A stretch of DNA of 22,238 nucleotides from Chlamydiia bacterium. Lineage in GTDB: Bacteria; Chlamydiota; Chlamydiia; Chlamydiales; 2-12-FULL-49-11. Where the stretch lies: assembly GCA_044359535.1 (NCBI GenBank), contig JBIKLZ010000015.1, forward strand, positions 1-22,238. Direction: 5' to 3'. The notes under the pieces were generated by a model. It was not told the DNA's origin and made no database searches. It worked only from the letters and a program-made list of their open reading frames with translations. Below, one piece after another: positions 16,254 through 22,238 of the stretch (the stretch's first letter is position 1; each line of letters opens with the position of its first letter). The translations under genes were made by a program, and so were the position numbers.

Positions 16254-17411
16254 ATGGATAAAGAGCTTTTCACAATTTGCGAGCATCATTTAGATAGTGG
16301 ATTAAGAGGCTATCCAATAGGGTATTGCATCACTTCATCGGTTGATCCTGAAAAAGGGGTATTTTATCGGGGCTATCCCATTTCTGATATTTTTGATAAA
16401 GAGGTTGAGGAGGTGATTTTTTTACTTGAGCAAGGAAACCTCCCTTCAAAAGGGGAGCTAATCGAATTTAAAAAGCAGCTATCCTTTCACTCAAAGATCC
16501 CCCATGTTGTCAAAGAAGCTATTGATGACCTTCCTAAAGTAGGACATCCGATGAAAACTTATGCCATCGCAGTATTGATTTTAGGGATGCATATTGGAAC
16601 AGGGGATCTAAAAAAAGATCTTTTGAATCTTCAAGCAATGCTTCCAGAACTTACAGCTTTAGTGATCAATGGATCTTTTGGCTGGGGAAAGACCCCTTCA
16701 TCAAAGCCAGAGCTTGGTTATGTTCAAAATTTTTGTCAGATGCTACAGTGTGCAACCGTTAAAAATAGGGAATTATTTCAGTTATTTATCAATATCTTCA
16801 TCAATCTTCATATGGATCATGGAGGGGGCAATCTTTCTATGTTTACAGCAAAGGCAGTAGCCTCTGGACATGAAGATCTATTTGGCTCTTTTGCCGCTGC
16901 TTTGCTTGCCCTATCCGGACCTCGGCATGGTAAAGCAAATCAAGACGGGTTGGAGTTTGTCGCTAAAATATACAAAGATCTGGGGGCTTTTCCGACAAAT
17001 GAAAGGGTAAAACGCTATGTAGAAACTCTTTTAGAAAAAAAAGAATTGATCTACGGATTTGGACATGCAGCCCTTAGATGTGAAGATCCGCGGGCTACTA
17101 TTTTATTTGATTTTTGCAAAAAACATTTTTTAAAAGATCCTCTAATAGATATTGCGACAAAATTAAGGGTTGAAGTGCCCTCTATTTTGATGAAAAATCC
17201 AAAAATCCAAAATCCCTATTGCAATATTGATTCTATTTCAGGGGTGGCACTCGCTGCATTAGGATTTGACTTTCCCAACGTGTTTACTGTATTATTTGGA
17301 CTGTCACGTTCAATAGGTATAGGAAGGCAAATTGTCTATGAAAGTTTGGAGGCAAGGGAAGGCAAAGGGGTCCCTATTTACCGTCCAAAATATATATACA
17401 AAAAGTCATAA
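16254..17411 (+). CDS. gltA: Citrate synthase
   Basis: GLRG, YRGYPI, HPM, HMDHGGGNLS, GPRHGKAN, YGFGHAALRCEDPR and NIDSISG (catalytic His/His/Asp present). Confidence 0.93.
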   Translation: MDKELFTICEHHLDSGLRGYPIGYCITSSVDPEKGVFYRGYPISDIFDKEVEEVIFLLEQGNLPSKGELIEFKKQLSFHSKIPHVVKEAIDDLPKVGHPMKTYAIAVLILGMHIGTGDLKKDLLNLQAMLPELTALVINGSFGWGKTPSSKPELGYVQNFCQMLQCATVKNRELFQLFINIFINLHMDHGGGNLSMFTAKAVASGHEDLFGSFAAALLALSGPRHGKANQDGLEFVAKIYKDLGAFPTNERVKRYVETLLEKKELIYGFGHAALRCEDPRATILFDFCKKHFLKDPLIDIATKLRVEVPSILMKNPKIQNPYCNIDSISGVALAALGFDFPNVFTVLFGLSRSIGIGRQIVYESLEAREGKGVPIYRPKYIYKKS

Positions 17412-17443
17412 AGACACTTTCCTATGTAACAATAGGAGAGGGT

Positions 17444-18298
17444 ATGACAGTAGAAGATATAGAAAAAATATTTAACAGAGCCTTTTCAAAAGCGTTTTGT
17501 CGGAAAAAGAATTTTTTCTTATTTCCTGTCTTGTTTATATGTGGCATGATCATTGAATTTTCTAACACTTTTTTAGGTAGAGGGAGTTTTTTTGGGGTCT
17601 TTTACCCTTTTGTTTCCCTTTTTTTATCCGCGGGCATTGTTTTAGCAGCAGGGGTATTAGTTGTTAAAATGTACATTTTTGAAATCAAAGGGGTAGACTA
17701 TAAAATAGGAACAGTGATTTTAAGTTCTATTCAGATAATTTCAACGGTATTAACCCTCTGCCTTCCATTAATGGCGATCTATTTAGTCCTGTGGGTGGTC
17801 ATGGGTCTATTTTTCCTATTTAAACAGATGCCGGGATTTGGAGATCTTTGTGCCACAGTTTTATCTTTTGGTCCCTTTGTCCTTATTCTCGCTTCTTTTA
17901 GCCTCCTAATGGTTGCTGTTTTAGCCCTATTTTTTTTAACGCCTCATTTAGCGTTTAAAAAAAGTTTAGATGTAGAGCCGTTCAAAGAGATGATCAAGAG
18001 AGTGGCTCAATCGGTATTTAGCAATAGCCTCCTTTTTTTTATTGGCTTTTTTCCTGTAGGGGTCGTTTTTTCACTGTTGTGTTTTGGGATAAAAATGACA
18101 GAATCAACCTATTTCATTGCACAAGAGGGGGTAGGTAGAGCTCTTCAATCCATTGTCATGAAGGTTCCTTTTACCTTGATTTTAACCCCATTTGTCCTCT
18201 TTTTTTTCAATTTTTCATGTGAAAGTTACCTTCTTTCAAAAAGGAAAAATAAACTCTCCATTGAAGATAAAAAGGAAGAAGAAAAATGTCTTGTGTAG
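17444..18298 (+). CDS. Chlamydial-type integral membrane protein of unknown function (~6 TM)
   Basis: Multiple long hydrophobic segments, strong SD (AGGAGAGG), overlaps the next gene. C-terminal motif LTPFVLFFFNFSCESY. Confidence 0.75.
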   Translation: MTVEDIEKIFNRAFSKAFCRKKNFFLFPVLFICGMIIEFSNTFLGRGSFFGVFYPFVSLFLSAGIVLAAGVLVVKMYIFEIKGVDYKIGTVILSSIQIISTVLTLCLPLMAIYLVLWVVMGLFFLFKQMPGFGDLCATVLSFGPFVLILASFSLLMVAVLALFFLTPHLAFKKSLDVEPFKEMIKRVAQSVFSNSLLFFIGFFPVGVVFSLLCFGIKMTESTYFIAQEGVGRALQSIVMKVPFTLILTPFVLFFFNFSCESYLLSKRKNKLSIEDKKEEEKCLV

Positions 18299-19173
18299 TT
18301 ATTGGTGCAGGTATTGCAGGGCTTTCTGCAGCCTTTTTTCTTCAAAAAAAAGGGATTAAAGTCACTGTTTTTTATTCTGAAAGTAAGGCTCCTGCATCAC
18401 GCATTTTCACAGGAATTTTGTACCGTTATCCAGGAAGATGGGGAAATCGTGGACTTTTTGCAGATGAGGGGTACAAAGCTTCAAGAGAGTTGATTGAAAT
18501 AGTTGAAAGCAAAACAGGGAGAAGGGTGATTCTTTCTAAGGGAGTGGTAAAAAAGTTTGCCTCAAAATTGAAAAGATTTTCCGATGTGAAAATGGTCAAT
18601 GGGGATGCTTGTATTGAAGATGCAGTGACAATTGATATGAGGCAATATCTTGAAGGGTTAAAAGAGGTGATTGGGAAAGACCATTTTATAGAAAAAGACT
18701 GTAGACGTTTTGATGAGATCAAAGGAAAAAAGATTATTGCAACAGGGTTTGGTCTAAAAGAGATGTTAGATCTTTCTGGGTTAAAATATGTGAAGGGGCA
18801 GCAGTTTTTGGGCAAAAAAAAACTTGAACCTTCGAGCTTTGGAACGGTGATTGGAAGGGGACATATTTCCTATTTAGAAGGGGATGGTATTGCCTTAGGA
18901 AGCACCTATGAACACGAGTTTAAGGATGAACATGTGGACGAGGCGTTTGCAGAAAGAGAAATTCTAAAGAATATAGAGCCTTGGATGGGAGACTTAGAAA
19001 CCATTGAGGAAAAAAAATTTGCTGCAGGGGTTCGAGTGTGTCAGGATAGCACTTACCTTCCGTTGATAAAGAAAATCGATGATGAGACGTACCTATTTAC
19101 AGCTCTTGGTTCAAGGGGATTATTATATCACGCTTACTATGGAAAAATAGTAGCCGATCAGGTATGCTCATAG
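18286..19173 (+). CDS. FAD-dependent oxidoreductase (DAO family, resembles the MnmC oxidase domain)
   Basis: VVIGAGIAGLS Rossmann motif, AS-G, IIATG, VKGQ, LGSTYE, GVR-LPLI and ALGSRGLLY. Confidence 0.85.
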   Translation: MSCVVIGAGIAGLSAAFFLQKKGIKVTVFYSESKAPASRIFTGILYRYPGRWGNRGLFADEGYKASRELIEIVESKTGRRVILSKGVVKKFASKLKRFSDVKMVNGDACIEDAVTIDMRQYLEGLKEVIGKDHFIEKDCRRFDEIKGKKIIATGFGLKEMLDLSGLKYVKGQQFLGKKKLEPSSFGTVIGRGHISYLEGDGIALGSTYEHEFKDEHVDEAFAEREILKNIEPWMGDLETIEEKKFAAGVRVCQDSTYLPLIKKIDDETYLFTALGSRGLLYHAYYGKIVADQVCS

Positions 19174-19174
19174 T

Positions 19175-19924
19175 ATGAAAGAGACATTTGTGTTATTAGG
19201 AACTGGTGGATCGACAGGGATTCCTCGTGTAGGGTGTAAATGTCACGTTTGCACATCAAAAAATCGCGCCAATAAAAGGCTTCGTTCGCAAGGCCTTTTT
19301 TCAATAGGTGGAAAGAAAATCCTTTTAGATGCAGGGCCAGATACTCGATATCAGATGTTAAAGTATGATGTAGATCATATAGACGCTTTATTTTTGACCC
19401 ATCCTCATGAAGACCATGTGGGGGGGTTAGATGATTTAAGGGGTTTTTTTTATCAAAGTAACTGTGAGCAAATCCCCGTCTTTTGCTCAGAAAATACCTA
19501 TGAAATTATTGCCTGTCGATTTGGCTATCTTTTAGAAAGATTTTCTTTTCACAAGCTTAATGAAAGATCTGGAACCTTTATGGTGGGGGAAAAAGAATTT
19601 TCTTATTGTAGTTATGAGCAAGGAAGTGTCCCTGTTTTGGGATTTAGATATAAAAAAATGGCTTATCTCACCGACATTAAATGTTATGAGGAATCGATAT
19701 TTTCATTTTTGGAAGGGGTTGAAACTCTTATTGTGAGCGCCCTTAATTTTTCAGGAAGCCATATGCATTTTTCTATTGATGAGGCAGCCGCTTTTGGCTT
19801 AAAAGCACAAGCAAAAAAGACTTTTTTGATTCATATGAATCATGAAGTAGAACATGAAGCAGTAAATAAGAGTTTGCCTGTTGGGGTAGAGCTTGCAACC
19901 GATGGAAGGATAATTGATGTCTGA
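19175..19924 (+). CDS. phnP: MBL-fold metallo-hydrolase, PhnP-like phosphodiesterase
   Basis: LGTGGSTGIP-GCKCHVC, LDAGPD, THPHEDH-GLDDLR, AYLTD and LIHMNH. Next to hflX as in Chlamydia. Confidence 0.85.
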   Translation: MKETFVLLGTGGSTGIPRVGCKCHVCTSKNRANKRLRSQGLFSIGGKKILLDAGPDTRYQMLKYDVDHIDALFLTHPHEDHVGGLDDLRGFFYQSNCEQIPVFCSENTYEIIACRFGYLLERFSFHKLNERSGTFMVGEKEFSYCSYEQGSVPVLGFRYKKMAYLTDIKCYEESIFSFLEGVETLIVSALNFSGSHMHFSIDEAAAFGLKAQAKKTFLIHMNHEVEHEAVNKSLPVGVELATDGRIIDV

Positions 19925-21233
19925 TTTTGAGAAAATTGAGCAACAAGAAAGATCGACTTTTGAAAATTTGAATAAAGCACTCCTTGTAGGGGTTCATTTT
20001 TCAGGAAAGGATATACAGGAGTGTCAGGAACATTTAAAAGAACTTGCCGCTTTAGCAAAAACTCTTGGAGTAAAAGAGACAAGAGAGATTTTCTGTCCCA
20101 TAAAAAACTATACAGCAGCGACCTACATTGGATCTGGAAAGGTGGAAGAACTTGGGGAGATATGTAAAGCTGAAGGGATTGATGTGCTGATTTTTGATGA
20201 TAGTATCACCCCAAATCAACAAAGAAATATTGAAGAGGTGACAAAAATCCCCGTCCTTGACAGAACGGAGGTGATTTTAGAGATCTTTGGATTGCATGCA
20301 AGGACTAAAGAAGCCCTTTTACAAATTGAGATGGCAAAAATTCGTCACCAACTTCCGAGATTAAGACGGATGTGGACACACCTTTCTAGACAAAGGGGCT
20401 CTTCAGGGGGAAGTTCATCCTCTAGAGGAGAGGGTGAAAAGCAAATTGAAGTGGATAAGCGGATATTAAAACATAAGCTTTTGACAATTGAAAAAGAGGT
20501 GAAGCAGATAGTTTCTCAAAGGGAGCAAAAACGTAAGCAACGCCTTAAAAGTAAAGTTCCAACTTTTTCCATTGTGGGATATACCAATGCGGGGAAATCT
20601 GCCCTATTAAATGCCCTTACAGGGGCACAAGTGTTAGTGGAAGATAAATTATTTGCTACTTTAGATACAACTGCTCGTGGCTATCAACTTCCTAATCGTT
20701 CAAAAATTGTCCTTGTTGATACAGTAGGATTTATTCGAAAATTGCCCCATGCTTTGGTTAAAGCCTTTAGAAGTACCCTTGAAGAGGTCTGTTATACCGA
20801 CGTCTTAATTCATCTTGTCGATGGTTCACAAAAAGGGGCTTTAGAGAGGTTTGAAGCGACAATGGTTGTCTTAAAAGAGCTAAAAGTTGAGGATAAGCCA
20901 ATGATTGTAGTTGTGAATAAAATAGATCTTTTAGAGAGAAAGGAAACTTTAAATCGATTCAAAGTTTTATTTAAAAATATGATTGGAATATCGACAGTAA
21001 CTAAAGAGGGGTTTGAAGAGCTTTTAAGTGCGATGGAAAAAGAGGCTTCAAAATTCGGAAAAACCATTTATTTAAGGATAGATCAAAGCCAATATCCACT
21101 TGTTGATGAAATCCTTCGAGAGGGAGTTGTCCTTAGCACCGATTATGACGAAAATGATATTCTTTTAGAAGCTCAAGTTCCAGAGCATTTGGAACAAAAA
21201 GTTTCCCCTTACATAGATCCATTTCGAGAATAG
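19917..21233 (+). CDS. hflX: GTPase HflX
   Basis: YIGSGKVEEL, DRTEVILEIF-ARTKEA-LQIE, GEGEKQIEVD, VGYTNAGKS, LFATLD, DTVGFI and NKID. Confidence 0.98.
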   Translation: MSDFEKIEQQERSTFENLNKALLVGVHFSGKDIQECQEHLKELAALAKTLGVKETREIFCPIKNYTAATYIGSGKVEELGEICKAEGIDVLIFDDSITPNQQRNIEEVTKIPVLDRTEVILEIFGLHARTKEALLQIEMAKIRHQLPRLRRMWTHLSRQRGSSGGSSSSRGEGEKQIEVDKRILKHKLLTIEKEVKQIVSQREQKRKQRLKSKVPTFSIVGYTNAGKSALLNALTGAQVLVEDKLFATLDTTARGYQLPNRSKIVLVDTVGFIRKLPHALVKAFRSTLEEVCYTDVLIHLVDGSQKGALERFEATMVVLKELKVEDKPMIVVVNKIDLLERKETLNRFKVLFKNMIGISTVTKEGFEELLSAMEKEASKFGKTIYLRIDQSQYPLVDEILREGVVLSTDYDENDILLEAQVPEHLEQKVSPYIDPFRE

Positions 21234-21281
21234 ACCCTTTTTTAAAAGGATAGATTGTTTTAATAGGCCTACTTAAAAAAA

Positions 21282-21917
21282 TTAATGAATATGGGAAACG
21301 TGCTCTGAAAGAGCTTTAGGCTCAAAATTCTCTTTGATTACTTTAATTGTACCACTTGCAATCATCTGAACAGCAATAAAGCAAATCAATAGACCTCCAA
21401 GGCGCTCAAAAGCAAGGAGCCCTTTTTCTCCAACAAGATATTTTATGTTAGAAGCTAGGAGTAAAATGAATAACGAAGGGACAATAGCACAAAGGATGAC
21501 AAAAGGGGTTTGCCACGCATATTCAAATGTTTTTGAATAAATCATCACTGCAGTGATACTTCCAGGACCTGCCATTGCTGGGATAGCAATGGGAACAATA
21601 AAGGGTTCATGGCCAGGAAGTCCTTCAACTTCATGTTTAGGGAAAATCATTGTTAAGGCAATGAGTAATAGAATTAATCCCCCTGAGATCCCTAAAATCC
21701 CTTCTGTGATTCCAATGACATTTAAAATGGTATCCCCAAAAAAGCTAAATGAAAGCAAAATGATCGCTGCAAAAATAAGTTCACGAACTAAAATGGTTTT
21801 TTGCCTTTTCGGAGTATAATTTTTTAATAAAGCAATGTAAAAGGGGAGATTTCCAACAACGTTGAAAACAAGAAATAAGGAAAAAGCGGCGCCAAAAATA
21901 TTCATGAAGCAAATCAT
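21282..21917 (-). CDS. marC: MarC family integral membrane protein
   Basis: GNLPFYIALL, FFGD-IL, ISGGLILLLIAL-MI, VPIAIPAMAGPGSI and ERLGGLL. SD AAGGAG. Confidence 0.92.
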   Translation of the reverse strand: MICFMNIFGAAFSLFLVFNVVGNLPFYIALLKNYTPKRQKTILVRELIFAAIILLSFSFFGDTILNVIGITEGILGISGGLILLLIALTMIFPKHEVEGLPGHEPFIVPIAIPAMAGPGSITAVMIYSKTFEYAWQTPFVILCAIVPSLFILLLASNIKYLVGEKGLLAFERLGGLLICFIAVQMIASGTIKVIKENFEPKALSEHVSHIH

Positions 21918-21951
21918 ACAGGAATATCTCCTTTTTTTAAAGCCTTTTTTT

Positions 21952-21960
21952 TGGTATACT
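21952..21960 (+). promoter_or_regulatory. Extended -10 promoter for the rightward transcript
   Basis: TGgTATACT with no clear -35. Confidence 0.45.
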
Positions 21961-21968
21961 CTTTTACT

Positions 21969-22016
21969 ATGAAAAGAAATCGTATTAAAATTTTTGATGT
22001 AAGGGGGAGAAAGTGA
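21969..22016 (+). CDS. Possible 15-aa leaderless upstream ORF (MKRNRIKIFDVRGRK)
   Basis: ATG is 8 nt after TATACT, and its TGA overlaps the GTG of the next gene (GTGA). Confidence 0.25.
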   Translation: MKRNRIKIFDVRGRK

Positions 22017-22238
22017 TTCAGATAAAAGAGCCCTTTTGCTATTTTACACACCTTCCTGGGAAAGAGTCGGTCATCCCCCTTTCTAAAGCGGTGGCAAAGG
22101 TCTATCCATGTAAAATAGTTGTAAAAGATGGCTCTGCTTTGGTGGCTATTGATATAGAAACTAAAGGAGAAGTGAAAGGGTTTACCCACCTTTTAAATAT
22201 TGAAAAGGGGAGGCTGGAAATGTTTGGACAAAGGGAAG
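22013..22238 (+). CDS. 5' part of a conserved chlamydial hypothetical protein (runs off the window; absent from the ORF track)
   Basis: GTG with SD GGGGGAG. Open for 75 codons to the window end: MIQIKEPFCYFTHLPGKESVIPLSKAVAKVYPCKIVV...GEVKGFTHLLNIEKGRLEMFGQRE. From memory it resembles a chlamydial family (F-S/T-H-x-PG...FT...EKG...FG) found near marC genes. Confidence 0.7.
   Translation, partial: MIQIKEPFCYFTHLPGKESVIPLSKAVAKVYPCKIVVKDGSALVAIDIETKGEVKGFTHLLNIEKGRLEMFGQRE

Noticed and set aside
21236-21280. Palindromes between hflX and marC (CCTTTT-tt-AAAAGG; TTAA-TAGGCCTA-c-TTAA) as a DtxR box or terminator
   Set aside because: They lie between convergent 3' ends where an operator is unlikely, and the stems are AT-rich and weak.
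839-21819. Short alternative-frame and antisense ORFs in the track (e.g. 853-1065, 4214-4480, 7471-7785, 12645-12926, 18426-18815, 20810-21067)
   Set aside because: They overlap well-supported genes or regulatory spacers and carry no recognisable motifs, as expected for shadow ORFs.
21914-22189. 91-aa minus-strand ORF from the track
   Set aside because: Antisense to a plus-strand frame with a strong SD (GTG 22013). Its own frame is closed by a stop just upstream and the product looks non-protein-like.

Overview
AT-rich chromosomal window from an environmental member of the phylum Chlamydiota. It is not Chlamydiaceae, because it encodes citrate synthase and PurU. The left two-thirds follow the core chlamydial gene order lepA - npt1 (ATP/ADP translocase) - ddbA-like / ytgA-ytgB-ytgCR-ytgD - dxr - rseP, which matches C. 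trachomatis CT064-CT072 as I recall it. The right part is a metabolic operon (mdh, gltA, membrane protein, FAD oxidoreductase, phnP-like hydrolase, hflX), followed by marC and the start of a conserved chlamydial gene that the ORF track missed. Accessory genes flank the core block. On the left is an Inc-like protein with a 57-bp tandem duplication. Between rseP and mdh is a roughly 3-kb islet encoding a multi-helix membrane protein with a degenerate C-terminal RING/U-box (candidate membrane-anchored E3 ligase effector), two tandem PagP-like beta-barrels and purU. Other notable points are a DXR with several substitutions in its active-site flap, YtgC lacking the WWW motif, a predicted leaderless lepA mRNA, a candidate structured sRNA between lepA and npt1, and a candidate YtgR operator. 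I saw no rRNA, tRNA, CRISPR array or mobile element. All family calls come from motif recognition by eye; no searches were run.
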